In this document: positions 1-20,457 of the stretch, one piece after another
Position numbering within the stretch: position 1 is the first letter of the stretch
Layout: each line of letters opens with the position of its first letter
Assembly: GCA_904063045.1 (NCBI GenBank)
Contig: CAJFCJ010000002.1
Coordinates: 992,001 to 1,056,000 of the forward strand
Source: Dimorphilus gyrociliatus
Lineage: Eukaryota > Animalia > Annelida
Direction: 5' to 3'
Length of the DNA: 64,000 nucleotides
Translations under genes and position numbers: made by a program
Notes under the pieces: generated by a model
What the model saw: only the letters and a program-made list of their open reading frames with translations
What the model was told of the DNA's origin: nothing
The model's database searches: none

Positions 1-239
1 ATTAAGATTTATCAGCCTAATATATTTATTACTTACTCGCCGTCATGAACACGTTTATCATTCGATGACACCATGCAAGAGAACATGGCCCGCCACTTTC
101 TCATTAAGTCCCTATTTTACACACTGCGCATCCTTCTGGACACTTTTCACTCTCTGACTACAGGGCGACGCTGGCATAACATTAATATGCCATAGTGCCA
201 TCTATCGACTTTTCTGTTACTAAATTCAAATAGACTTAC

Positions 240-520
240 CAAGAACAGCTGCAACAGCAACACCAACAAAAACAGCAGGTTTTAGAGCCTCGTTCGGAAG
301 AGGGCGAGGGAGGAGGAGAGTCGGTTGTGCCGCATTGTTTAGCGCTATTTCGTAGAGCACAATTTTCACTGTCTTGAAAAGTTCCGACACCTGAATTGCT
401 ATTGCTGCTGCCGCTCACTCGGGCTACACTCATCTGAACGATAGTGACGGAAGGAATGACAGAACGAAGTAGGCGATTGAAAGATGTAGTAAGAATTTCA
501 TGCGTCATATGACGAGCCAT
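240..520 (-). CDS. RGS17/19/20: RZ-subfamily regulator of G-protein signalling (RGS17/19/20-like), first coding exon only; remainder probably left of the window
   Basis: Exon ends in the cysteine string CCFCWCCCCSCS(W) diagnostic of RZ-family RGS proteins, followed by a GTAAGT donor at 239. No RGS domain exon found inside the window. Confidence 0.8.
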
Positions 521-1200
521 AGTTTACTACCCAAGGCCCGACCATGTCGTATATACAGTATTAATGAGAAAATAATTTTAGTTCAACCACATCCTTCATA
601 AAATCAACGTCTGCAATTATATTCCGTTGCTTAGATTTTCTTTTTTCACGAGGAGGGGAAACTATAACATTTATGTTTCTAACCAATTATACAAACTATT
701 GATACTACCGACCTCTCAGAAACAACAAAAATCATTGTCAAATTACGTAAACCTATAAAGAGAGCCAACGTTTCCGTTGCGGTTCAATGCAGTTGGTTAT
801 GCAGACTCCACGCCATATTGAATTTGTAAAGCAAGGGCGCAGCACTGTAAACGCGCCAGGTGCTTTGCAGTAACCGACAGATGGCGGTCTCTATACTTCA
901 AATTAGTAACTTTACAAATGTATTCTGAAAAACGACTTTCGACTCTAACAATTTTATAAAAATCTTAATTTTTATCTCCTACACAGAATAAAACAAAAAT
1001 TCTCAAGCAATCATCCAAACATTGGATCTACCCTCATCAAAGTTATCAAACCAAAACAAATACTAAAAATATACATGTTCAGAACTTGTCTTAAACTGCC
1101 AGAAAATGAAAAAGTATAATTAAGGATGCCAGTACAACAAAATATGTTGATCCCTTACAACACATTTACGCGGCTAAAAGTTTAATAAAAAAGAACACAA

Positions 1201-2600
<1,400 letters not shown>

Positions 2601-3171
2601 TTCGCAAATGCAATCTATGTACGTCGATCGCAGTCCAACACGAAATGAACAGACAGCCACAGTTCGCCGCTACAACGCGCCAGATCGCATTGCCAGCCTA
2701 GAGGGGTTGAGGCAATGCTCAATTGCTTTATCACGCTGCGCTTCATTAATATGCATCACTTCTCTGATTGGACAATAACATGTAGGTCTATTGTACGTCG
2801 ATACTGTGTCTTCTCTAACTAGGTTACGAGAAAGTACGACGCTGACGTTTACTAATATTTTTGAGATGTACAATATAAAAAATTTTCTCTGTAAAAATTC
2901 AGTCGAATAATCTCAAAATGGAATTTTATTTGGATTGTTTGTGAGGAAAATTTGAATTTTGTACAAAATATCTGACTGGCGTAGGCGTTTTAATATTTAA
3001 ATTTTGCCGCCAATTTTCCGAAGTACAACGTGGTGGCGTTAATGTATTTCCGCGCTAGAAGCATATTTCCTCTTTCTTCCTAGGAAAAATTCTCTCGATT
3101 CGGCTAAATTTGTGTGCTTTCTTTACATCCTTCGTGGTGCTGTCATGACATATAACAGAGGATTTTTAAAC

Positions 3172-5672
3172 ATGGCAGACCTGAAGGATGATAACGCATC
3201 GAGTTGTGTAGAATCATCACAGGTCATCGAATCTTCGTCGCCCGACTCTATGTCGTATAAAGGTTTGTATACAAATTTTTATTTATAATTAAACTTGTTT
3301 ACAATTTTAAATCATATCTAGAATCTGTAGGATTTATTAAATTAGTTGATCACTCACTAATAGGAGTTGGTGATTAATCTGTATTAACTAGTTTTAGTGC
3401 TGTTTATCATTCAATGTAGTTGAAGTTTACAATATATAATTTAAAGAATTATTGATCTAACTTGTTATCTTTATTTTTTTGTTTTTAGTAGTTTCTTCAA
3501 ATGGAGTTGATTACAATCTTGAACGGCGGAAAAAGAAGAAGAGTATGTTCGAGAGAATATTTGGTAAATTTACGAAAAAAAAACGCTCCACAGAAACGTA
3601 TGCTGATAAATCTCAAATCAAAACAAGCCGTAAGTCGTTTTCACATATATAATTTTTGTTTTGAAACATTTAAAGATTTCTTAGTGTAATGTTTTCATTG
3701 CAAAAATTGTGGTGTTTAGATTTTTGAGACGCCTGTTAAATTTTTATGAATGAATTGAAAGAATTAGAATTACATCTACCTTTCATTATCTTAAGGTGAT
3801 AAAGATAAACCTCTACCTCATGAAGATGAAGTGGAAGCAAATTCACAATCTCCTATAGTAAATACAATTAACCAATCTTCAGTAGGAGGTGCAGGTTTAA
3901 AATGTATAAAAAATAATTTAGGTCCTTTACAAATGTCAAATAATGAAAGTGAGTAGAATATTTTATATAGAATTTTAAATCAAAATGTATACAGTTCTGT
4001 ATTTGAAAGCTTCAGCTTCGTCTGGAGATTCTGTTGTACTAAGTTTACCTGTAAAGCGACCAGAAACCATGGCTGGAAAAGGTGCTATGCAAATGCCTGA
4101 GGTATCTTTGTTTTAATTAGTAAAAATGACAACATTTTTTATTTTGAACATTTTATAAAGGTTTTACAATGTATTTCCCCGACTACGCCCTGCTCAAGTT
4201 CAAGTCTGCATACAAATGTACAAAAACAAACTAATATAATGGATTCCAAGTTATTAAAATGTCCAATGAAGCAACCAATACCTGTTCCTCCTCCCAAGAT
4301 TGATGACACACACGCCCGATCTATTACTTCCAATGTCACAAGTAAAATGATTACTTTTTTACTCAGATATGATGATAAAATTCAGGTGTTTTAATTTAAA
4401 ATTTTCTTTCAGCTACAGAAACAAGTTCATCTTCGATCCTGCCGAATCAACCAGTTTCTATTATGGTGAAATCTACAAAATTTCCTCGAACTAATGATAT
4501 ACCCTCAAATCCAGATGCTCAGAATTCGCCGCATAATTACGATGAGGTTCCTACACATGAGCCAGATAGTAATAAGCAGCCTAAACGTTCTGCCATGAAG
4601 GGGGGTAGGTTAGCAGAGAGGAAGAAACTCATAGAACAAAAGCATCATGAAGTAGTTGTAGCAACAAAAAATGAAAAAATAAAACCAAAAGTTGCTCCTA
4701 AACCTAAACCATTTAACCCTTTAAGGATTTCTAGTGATAACAAGGAAAATCTTGTACCCACACTTGGAGATGTACCTTATGAACAAGATAATATTCACAC
4801 TAACGGCCGTATGTAGCTGTCTACAACAAATCTATCAAGAATCATTTTTATATCTTACAGAATTACTCACTATTAAAATTGAGAGGAAAAATAGTTTGAA
4901 TCGTCTCCTCATGCAAAGACCTGGGAAAAGAGAATTGATAGAAAGGCATATCCTTCAAGAGTCATCAGAGTCTGATCGAGCAAAAGTAAGGGAGGATATT
5001 GGTATTCAATTAAATAGGCAAGTCGTAACATTTCCCAGTTTTCTTTTAATTTTCAAGTGTTTTTTATACAGGCGACTAAGTTTACGTCCGACAGCCGAAG
5101 AGCTAAGAGAGAAAAATATATTACACAGTAAGTGAAGTGTTTTATAATTTGTCATATTTTAGTACGATTTAGAAAAGACTTATAATAGACTTAATATACT
5201 AAAGTATATATATTATTTCAGTTCAAACAAATGAACAACGTATGCAACAAATTGAAGAGACAAAGAAAACATTAACACGAAAAGTATGTATTCACTAGAG
5301 AGAAGAAAACTGTTAATAAAATTGTATTTCTAGCTAAGCTACCGTCCCTCAGTTGATGAGTTGAGGCAAAGGAAAATTATTCGTTTTAATGATTATGTAG
5401 AAGTGACAGATGCAAATGAATATGATCGGCGAGCCGAGAAACCATGGACAAAGTTAACTGCGAAAGATAAGGTAAACTGCTTGTGTTATAAAATTCTCAT
5501 TATTTAATATTATTACACCCCTTCTATCAGGCAATTATTAGGAAAGAATTGAATGATTTCAAATCTCAAGAAATGAATGTTCATGAAGAAAGTAAAAGAT
5601 TTACAAGGTTTGTTCATAATAGTATAATTCAAAAATATATTTAATATCTTTAATAGATACCATCGGCCGTGA
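3172..5672 (+). CDS. PHACTR: Phosphatase and actin regulator (RPEL-repeat protein), multi-exon
   Basis: Basic N-terminal motif, three C-terminal RPEL repeats ([39 protein letters not shown]), PP1-binding tail IRFNDYVEV...[13 protein letters not shown]...RYHRP*. Some internal 5' exons not fully resolved. Confidence 0.92.
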
Positions 5673-5824
5673 ATTGTTTTCAACCTGCTTTATATGTTGA
5701 TTATTATATTTTAATTGACTGAATGGTAAACTGCAACATGAAGCAAATATTTATTAGAAAATAACTCGTTGAGAGAGTAGCATGATTTAATCAATACATT
5801 TAATTTATATCTATAAAAAATCAC

Positions 5825-8800
5825 TTAAACATGGGAAACGGAGTTTATATTTTCTTTTAGAATGTTTCGCTTATGCATATCTCTGTAAAAGTGAAACTAA
5901 AAATAGGGTTAATTATACAAAAAACTCACCTTAGTCTATGTGCCCTCTTCCTCTTAATTGTATTTTGGTGGGGTGAAATCAGGAATGTCAACTTGTGACT
6001 GATATCCTCAAAATTTTTCTTCAGTTCAGTCTGATAGTCCTCTTGATCAGCCATTATCAACTTTTCATTTTGCTTCAAAGCTTCTTGAGACTTTCGAACA
6101 AAATTCTTGAAAGCTACCCTCAGCTTATTATGCTGTTTTGTTGGTACAATTAAACCTTGTGCAAGCGGTTCAAGGAAAGTTTTTGCAATTTGCATGGGTC
6201 CTTTATTGACTGTTGCTCCGATGCATCCTTGCAAAACCATTTGTAAATATTTCACATCTATTTTCGATGCTGCACAAGCCTCTGTCAATTGATTAACTTT
6301 ATTTTGTACGTCTTCGATTGCTACCTCAATGGGTGTTAAGTTCATCTACAAAACAGTAATTAGTTATTTTGTTACGAATAAGAATATTCTGTACTTCTTG
6401 CTTTAAGACGACTTTTATTCTTTTTTTGGTATACGGGAATGAATTTTCACATGTCAGAATAGTTTTTCTTTTCCATTGGTCAGCTATCTCGCCGTGTGCT
6501 TTTCCGGTTGGTGTAAATGGTGTAGAGAATACAAATCTCCCTAAAAGTATACGAATAGTTCGAAAGAATATATAGAATATATGCTATATGTGACGTACGA
6601 ATATTAAAATTTCTTTGAAACGATGACTTTCTTTGCAACAACTCAAAATCTTCAAAAAAAGGTTCAACGTAGGTAATTTGCAAATACATCTACAAAATAA
6701 CATTTGTTAAATTTGTATAATGCTTCAACTACTAAGATATACTTTATTAGGGTCCAAATTTTCTCGGCAAATTTGATTTGAATCTTTCAATATTTCAACT
6801 GTTCCTCGACCAAATTGAGCCCCAAAGAGATTCTATTTTAGAAAATTTAGGAAAAGTAAATTGTATGAATAATTTATGCAAACCTCTAATCGTTGAGAAA
6901 TTTCTGCCAATCCTGTGAACGATCGCTCCTTGTAAATATATTCATCACCATCTATCTCACCGAAATTGGAGCCATAAAACCCAACTCTAAAGTAGGTTCC
7001 AAAAGGTCGCTTTGTTAACTAAATGTAGAAAAATTAGCCTGCTATATTTTTTTCAGTTTATAACTTACAGAGGTATCGGTTAAAATTTTGGAATAGATTT
7101 GGTTCAATCGTGAATGAAGTTCGCACAATAGATTGTAATTTTCCTGAGACTTTAACAATGGTAACATGATTTCACAGATCTCGGATTCTGCCTCGTGTAA
7201 AGATGCCTGAGGATATACATTCGTATGAAGATAGTGTGTATACTAGATAGAATATGTTTCATACCTTGCGAAAAGCATCAGCGCAGTTTTTAAGCAGATT
7301 TATTAATCCCGTCTCTGAAAAGTCTTTTCCTGTAGCTGAATCATCAAGAGTCAAAACGTCATCAGAAATGAAGCTTTCTTCGCTAATATTAGAACTCAAT
7401 TTCTGATAAAATAAAAAACAGTGCAATAAATTACGCAGATGTTTTTATTTAAAAATTAATACTTGAAATGCAACACATCCTATTGGTAAATAATCCTTCT
7501 CCAAGTGGGATACATTGACTAAGTACTCAATTACTAAACCGGAGGCATGAAGGTAACATTCTCCCTCTTCAGCAAATTCTTCACGCTAAAAGAAATTTCT
7601 GTAAAGTTTATCAGTTTAACAAAAAGAAATACCTCAGCATGCTTCACCGCCAGACTCAATAACCAAGTTAATCTTAGATGAGGAGACGTTTGATAACTGA
7701 AAGCTATTCTATGCATCAGATCATCAAGCATTTCAGGATCATTTTTGACTTCTTTTAGTTTAACAGTATTAGTAATAATACTATGAAGGACGAAGACGAG
7801 GTCCTTGATCTGAAACAAGAATCCGATAATATATTTTAAAAAAATTATTATTCTTTACCTGATCGATAAAAGAGGTAAATTGCATATCTTCATCACGGTC
7901 AGCGTACTTTAAGATTGTCTTTAAACTTTTTCTAAGAGCACCCTCGTTGAATTTTCCTGTTTGACCGCCAACAAGAGAACTTAATGACATGGTAATCTGT
8001 ACTTTTACTCTTGAAAAATTCTAAAATTATAAAATAGCATTAGATGTTACCATTATAGATATAAAGTAGTTAATATACGAACATTACATATGTCAAAATT
8101 CTGTCTCATAAGTACATATATGGAGGCGGAAGCTTGGGTTCTGACAACGTTTCGAGAGGAGCAGCAATGTTGTAATAATCGTAAGCAAAGTTCTCCGCAA
8201 TGTTCACCGTCTTCAAAAATCAGTTCAGGATACTGGAATTAGGATTATAATCAGTCTATGAAATTTGAACTTTGTAATATCAGAGAAAAAACAGACTTTA
8301 CAAACTAATGAACGCTGTAGTTCAAAGACACATTTTAGAGAAGTTGTACTCTGGTTTATTGACAGGCAGTGGAGGATACATTTAAGAGCAGAAACCGGTA
8401 TATTTTGCTGGCTCTCACAGCATTCTATAAATATATCCAAGACGTCAAGAATGACTAGCGTTATTTCTGTTGCCAAATGACCCTCTAAATGATTTGATCT
8501 TCTTTTACTAGTAGAAGCAGATATTTAATGAATAATTTTAGAAGTCATTTTAAGAACTTACAAGGCTCCTGCATTCCAAAAGTTCTTATCTTTTCGCCAC
8601 CTAACATCATCTTTAAAGTAAGATAATGAGTCAGAATGAATACTTATATTCGAATGTTTCCTTCGCAACATCATATCTCTTGCATTTCCACTACCGATAA
8701 TTGCATCCTCAAGTTGATTTAGGACAGTTTTTGAACTTTTGCTTTCATCAGGTGAGAACTGGCCCTGTCATCAGATGAAAAATTGTATAGTATCTAGTTC

Positions 8801-11800
8801 TATATACAAAAACTATTGAAGTTTGGATAAATATAATATATTACTTCATATTCGAAAATGCTTAGGCATATTTTCAATACTTCTATGAACTCTCCTACTT
8901 TAGAGGTGGAAATATACTCGCAAATCCATGCTTGAATAATGTGTTTATCAACTGCTTTTAGGATGAAAATTAAGCATAATAATAGATCTCTGGTTTCGGC
9001 TTTGTTGAATTTATTCATAGTATTAGACGGTGAGGTATGCGAACTTGACTGTTTGCCGTATAATGATGACTGAGATATAAATTTTTCTAATACTTCTTCA
9101 GAAAGTTCTTCATCCTTCCGCCGATAGAGACGGCTTGAATGATTAAGTATCATTGTAAGAATTGGCATATAAAGCGTTGCAACACGGGAGCGAATATTGG
9201 TTTGATTTAAACGGACATTACTGTCATGACTAGCTAAAAGTATTTTTAAAAGCTCAATTCCCAATTTAATTTTTGACGGATATCTGTAAGAAAAAAAATC
9301 CATTAATACAACAAGAATTGATAAGATTATTTAAAACAAACTCTTGAAGAATAAGAGAAAAATGAGATAGAACAAGACCAACAAGAAAATGTTGCTGGCG
9401 AAACTCCTCAGGCATCTCAAAAAAATTTCCTTTTTCGATTAAAGTGCTAGTTGAAGATCGAGTAGATATGGAAGAAGAGCTACAGATGCTTCCGCAGGGA
9501 CTAGAAGGAGGCGATGACATATACCAGGATCCTGCAATTCTTTTAATTTAAAAGCATTCCAATATATAAATAATAATATGTTACCAAAAGGTAAATTTAA
9601 AGCAAAATAGTGCTCATGAAGGCATATAATTTTCAAGAATTCATTCCTCAAATCAATAAAACAACTGGTGTCTTTTGAAGATTCATCAGTAATCTTTTCA
9701 CACTATTTTTAAATATTAAATAAGATTTCTATCATAATGAATTTAAAATAAAACCATTGAAAAGTAGAATTTTATTAGCTTCATAACAAAGAATCGATTC
9801 ATCAAGGAAAGAGAATCTCTGATAAAATATGCCAGGCTGGAATTTAATTTTCTGACATCAATCTGAAAAGAGTTTAATATTAAGGAATTCTAGCCTTAGT
9901 AGTATATTAAATTATAGGACTTAAACCTGATGATCTTGAACAAAAATTTCTGCTATTATTTCCTCAACTAGTGATTTTAAATCATCAATGTAAGTCGATG
10001 AAAAGCGCAAAAGACTTTTTCCAGACATTTTCGAATGATGAAATATATCTTCTGCCATACTTTTAATCTGTGAGAGGGAATTAATAACGTTGGAAATGCG
10101 TAAGTAATGATTACCATTAATTCAAAAAAAAACCAAGCCGATTTTATGATTAAAAGCCGTGCTTCATTTGTTGATTTTCTCCAAAAATCAACGATTTCTT
10201 CATGTAACAACTGGAAAATACAATATTTGTAAGCATTTATTGAAGTTATTTTGCATCTTACTTTGGTTTGATAGTAGCCTTGTGGGGAATTTGATGTTTT
10301 CTCTTCTAAAAAGATTGTAAAATCAGTAATTTAAAAATTCAGGTGGGTCTCACCTTTAGAGTTTGATTTCCCCGAGATGGATGCTTTATAGTAGACATAA
10401 CTTTTCAAAAGATTATCTTCTTTACTACTCAAGTCTTTCTCAACTTTTAAAACAATTCTTGCAATAGTTTCCAAACAGCATAAACTTATGCTCACTATCA
10501 GATAAAATTGGTTAATATCTTAAATACCAATGCTATACATACAAACATAATTGACCATTGATCACTGGCGGATGTAGGAAAAGAGATATTAGCTTATTCA
10601 GTACAATAGGAAGAAAATGAATTAATTTCTTCAAATTTGCATTAGTCACACTATAAAGAGTTTCTTTTAAGTGGCGTTCAAACGTTGAAATATCTCCATT
10701 ATATAAACGTGGTAAAAGCCCATTCTCTGCTTTTGAATATATATCAAAAAAGCGATCAATATAATTATCTTTAGCATAGACTGATGTTAATGCATTGATA
10801 GAAACAATAAAGATTTCTTTTCGATTATCAATCCATTTGACGTTCGGTATATTTGTTAGGCTACTTTCATTTGGGAAGCAAATGCATAGATTAGCGGATG
10901 GTTTTTCTGTTGTCATTGGTAGAAAAAAGTCACCACTTTTCAATTGACCATCTCTCAACAGGGGAAGCCACTGAAATTTTTAACATAAATCTATTATTTG
11001 TTAAATTGGACAAGAATGAAGTAGCACGAACCGTGTACCCAACTGGTGTCTCCATTTGTTGTCCATCCTCTTTTCGCCTACAACTGACGTGAAAAGCCGT
11101 AAACAATAGAAAATGTAAGTGTGTTAAATCTGCAGGCAATTTTATTTTGATTTCGTCATTATATTCCGGTGTTCGGTTGTGGTAGGTAACTGCGGTATAT
11201 GCTTCTCTTTGGAATTTCGATGTGTTGCTCTTTCCAAAAATATTTGGTAGAGGTTCATCGCAACTTCCTGAGAACAATTGCACCTTGATTGTTAAGTTCT
11301 GATAGTTCCTTCCTCGATTAGAAAAGTTTAAACTCTTTGGATTCACGAAAAGCAAGTTGCTGTATTTAACAATTTAAAATTGCAAATCACCCAGATATCA
11401 ACCTAAAATTTTTATACCTATAGCTTGTAAATGGTTGCATAACATCTTCACGGGAAAAGTCTGCCAGTTCCCTGCTTACTTTATACGGTTCAATTGGTTC
11501 ATTTGGGAAAGGTTTCACGTGTAAAAGGTCGGGTGTCAGTGAAAACGGTTTTACTTTTGGACAAGGTTGAATATCAAATTGAACGCTAGCTTTGATTGGC
11601 TTCAACTTCTTTGAAGTAATAGTTTTTGTTGTTAATAGCTCGTTTAAGTATTTATACAGCTCATCCTCATGAAATTTATCTGCCTCCTGAGCAAAATACG
11701 GCGAATCAAGATTATTGAATGAATATAGGAAATAATTATAAACTATTACTAACAACTTTATAGAAACTAGATAATTTAACAGTTGAAGGAGTAAATGAAG

Positions 11801-13447
11801 ATAATAAATCACTCGTTTTTTCTGTGGAAGAACTTTCGTAACTGTGTAATGATGAAGAAGATTCAAGTCGCCGTGACTCGAATCTCTCCAATGACGCATG
11901 ACGAGTGGACATTGAAGGTTTTTTCCTGCTCAAACTGTCATACTGTGTTGAGCTTGCTCGTCTGTTTTCTTTAAATAAGAATCAATGAAGAAAAAATCAG
12001 TTGAAAAAATAACAAAATGCCAAACCTAGCGGAATGTTAGAATCAAAACTAGTTTGAATAGTTTTTTTTTGACAAGAATTTATCACAGTGCTCATCGATA
12101 CAGCCGTCCAACCAACAAGCTGTCTATATTTACCCAAACGCTCATAAATATTTCGTATCAGATCAGTAATCTTTGCCTTATTCTAGTTGAATTTTAAACA
12201 TATTATTATAAACATCTTAAATACATTATACTATAAATGGAAGCTAACTTTTTCCTTTCTGTAGCTGTGTAAGGTTTCTGCAGTCTCAGTAGAATAGAAG
12301 ATTTTTTCAACCTAGTTAATTAACAATTTTACAGTATTAATATAATTATGAATTGAAACAGAATGTCTTTAATACTAACTTTAAGAACAATAAATATATC
12401 TTCAATGCCTGTTATTAAGTTAAAAATACAAGACGTCACCATTGTAGACAAATCAATCCTCTGATTATATCTCAAAAATGGAAAGACGTCTGAATCATTT
12501 AGATCAAAATAAAAGTTTTCAGTGATTTTTTTTCGTTTGCGTGCATCATATAAAGCTACCGAGCCAAATATTGGCTCAACATCATTGTCCATTTCCATGG
12601 AAGAAACTCTCAATAAAATACGATTGATATCTTGAAGATTCTTAAATTTCGGAGGAATTGTCTTAATTTCAGATGGATGGTCATCCTACAAATTTAAGGC
12701 CTTATGATAGTGAAATTTAATATATAAAAACTTACGGAAATGGAATCATATAAAGTGAAAACACACCATTTCCTGTTTCTCATTCTTTCTTGTCTGTTTC
12801 GTTCATCTATATCATCAAGAGAATTTTGCTGAAAGACTTCATCGAGAAGACCGTCCGATTCCATTAAATCTAAGCTTGAGTCATCCAAGCTTATTAGTGA
12901 ACTTCTTGCACTAATACTGATTTCTTCTTCGAATTCTTCCTGTTCAGCAACTTCGAATTCTTTGATTGTTTTGGAAATGCTTTCTGGATCAGCAAATTGT
13001 CTTGAAAAATATTCATAATTCCGTCGAAATATCTTAAATTCTCCAGAATAAAATTTGAGAAGTTCATCTACCCTGTCGTTTATAGTTTCATTATAACAAG
13101 GATCTTCAATCGTCCTAGAGGAACTAGACTCTAAGACAATTTCCCAATCATCATCAGGAATTTTTAGAACAGAGGCAAACGATTCATCAATGTTGTCCTG
13201 ATTTTCATCTAAAAAGTTTTCATAGTTCCATGGCATGACAACTGGATATTGCACATTGCTATTGTTCTTGGGTCTTTCATTTTCTTGTTTAATCCTGTTG
13301 GAATCTTGAAGGTATGCAGTCGATACCTGTCTCCTAACGTCAGCCGCCTTTCGGCTAAAAATATTTTTTTTAGTGCTATTCCTTTTCCTACATGATTCTA
13401 ATATACCTGCTCAACTTTTTGGCGAACTCACGCTTCTCGGTCGCCAT
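5825..13447 (-). CDS. DOCK6/7/8: DOCK-C family Rac/Cdc42 GEF (DOCK6/7/8-like), about 31 exons
   Basis: N-terminus [14 protein letters not shown] matches the DOCK6/7 start. DHR1/C2 ([27 protein letters not shown]) and DHR2 ([25 protein letters not shown]) present. I traced 30 canonical GT-AG introns of about 47-80 nt. Confidence 0.95.
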
Positions 13448-13691
13448 CCACAGGAAAAAACTTTTCACATCTAAATTAGTCTGGTCACCTGTCACTCATA
13501 TTTTTCTCAAATAAAAATATACAGTCTATTAGGTTACCACTTTATATGCAAAATAATTGTTTCGTCACGTGACTCAGTCAGCCAAGATGGCCGAGCGACG
13601 GCTGCTGTGGCAGTTGGAAAACGGATAAATCCTAGTCAGAATTTCTAACAAATGCGATATCCAATGTTATTATGCCCTCAAATAGAGGATA
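13448..13691. promoter_or_regulatory. 244-bp bidirectional promoter between DOCK and DOT1L
   Basis: Head-to-head ATGs at 13447 and 13692. Overlapping GTCACGTGAC (13564-73), TGACTCA (13570-76), Inr-like TCAGT (13574-78) and YY1-like CAAGATGGCC (13583-92). Confidence 0.7.
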
Positions 13692-18843
<5,152 letters not shown>

Positions 18844-19325
18844 TTACTTTTAAATCGCGTCGGTTAAGTGCCATGATCAGGGAGAAAAAAACAATGTGTA
18901 ATAAGGTAGCAGTTGTTTTTTGTTTTGTTCTTTTTCATGTCTTAATGTATAAGTTTTCAAGTAAAAATTACCATGAGACGATGTTGTAATTGAATGAAGA
19001 TAAATCTGCACTTTCCCAATTTTGGTTAATTTATTTTAGTATATGATATATACATTTGTATATTTTTTACCGTTTTCCATTTTAAATTGTATTATGAGTC
19101 TAATACAGATTGATTCAACTTTGCCTTTGTTTATAAACATGTAAGTGAAATCTGGACAAAAGTAAAATACAATATGGTGAAAACTTTGTTTATATTTGAA
19201 AATAAATCTCCTAAAACAGTGCAAAATGTACTAAACAAATATAATCAATAGAGTTTACAACTAATCAAAAGTAAGATAGATAACAAAAAGACTGTAGCGA
19301 CATCTGCATGACACTTTCTTAGAGC

Positions 19326-20412
19326 ATGCGATTGCAAATGTCTGTCATGGCAAGAAGGTTTCCATTTTTATATAAATTTTCAAAGTCAAATTTTCTAAGT
19401 AATATTTGCAATATAATTTTAAGTTTTGAGACGGTTGACAAATCTTTTTATAGCAAAGTATCAGTGTTAAATTTCGTTAGCTTCTGTAAACTAACCAGTC
19501 TTTTCACCCTTACCGACATTTTTATTTTACGCCACCTGCAGACTAGAAGCTGCATTAATTGACCTTAGTGGAACATTACATATAGATAATGAGCCTACCA
19601 GAAATGCAGTATCTTCATTGCATAGGTAATATTATTAAACTTTAACTTTTTGCTATCAATTTTTATTCTCATAAAAAATGAAATATTCTTAATAAATATA
19701 TCACGTTGAAATAATTTATTTAAACAGACTACGGGAAAGTGGAGTGAAAGTGAAATTTGTAACTAATACAACTAAAGAATCGCTCTCAAGTTTATATAAC
19801 CGTTTGATTAATATAGGATTTTCAATTGATAAGAATGAGATTTACACTTCATTGACGGCAGCTAAAAACTATATAACAGAAAATAAAATAAGGCCTCTAT
19901 TGCTGTTGGATGATGATGCGAAAAAAGACTTTGATGGAGTTGTGGAAACGGAGCCAAATGGGGTTGTTGTTGGTCTTTCTCCTAAATCTTTCAACTACGA
20001 TACATTGAATAAAGCATTTCGCCTACTTTTACATGGCCATCCATTGATAGCTATTCATAAAGCTAGATATTTTAAGAAAGCGGATGGTTTATATTTAGGG
20101 CCTGGACCGTTTGTATCTGCCTTGGAATACGCTTCGAACGCGAAGCCAATTCTAATTGGAAAGCCTAATGAATCATTTTTCCAAGAAGCTCTCAGTCAAT
20201 TGAATTGTCAAGCTAATAAAACTGTTATGATAGGTGATGATGTACACGATGACCTTGAAGGAGCGTCAAAAATTGGAATGAAATCGGTCTTAGTGAAAAC
20301 TGGAAAGTATAGAGAGAAGGACGAATGCAAAATCCCAAATTTTCGGCCAACCTGTATTGTCAATGACTTCTCCGAATCTGTTGAGTGGATTATTGACCAA
20401 AATTTATTATAA
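19326..20412 (+). CDS. HDHD2: Haloacid dehalogenase-like hydrolase domain-containing 2; exons ~19326/19347-19357, 19542-19625 and a final exon from ~19729
   Basis: LIDLSGTLH motif I, FVTNTTKES, LIAIHKARYFKK, GPGPFVSALEYA, IGKPNESFF, MIGDDVHDDLEGA; closely matches HDHD2. Exact start ATG uncertain. Confidence 0.93.
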
Positions 20413-20457
20413 TTTCAATATTGATAATATTATATTACTATAGTAGAAAGCGAAAAT

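Noticed and set aside
19271-19325. AG acceptors just before several ATGs, suggesting trans-splicing or operons
   Set aside because: For HDHD2, the CTR gene and polyhomeotic, a cis donor lies 50-120 nt upstream, so ordinary introns explain them.
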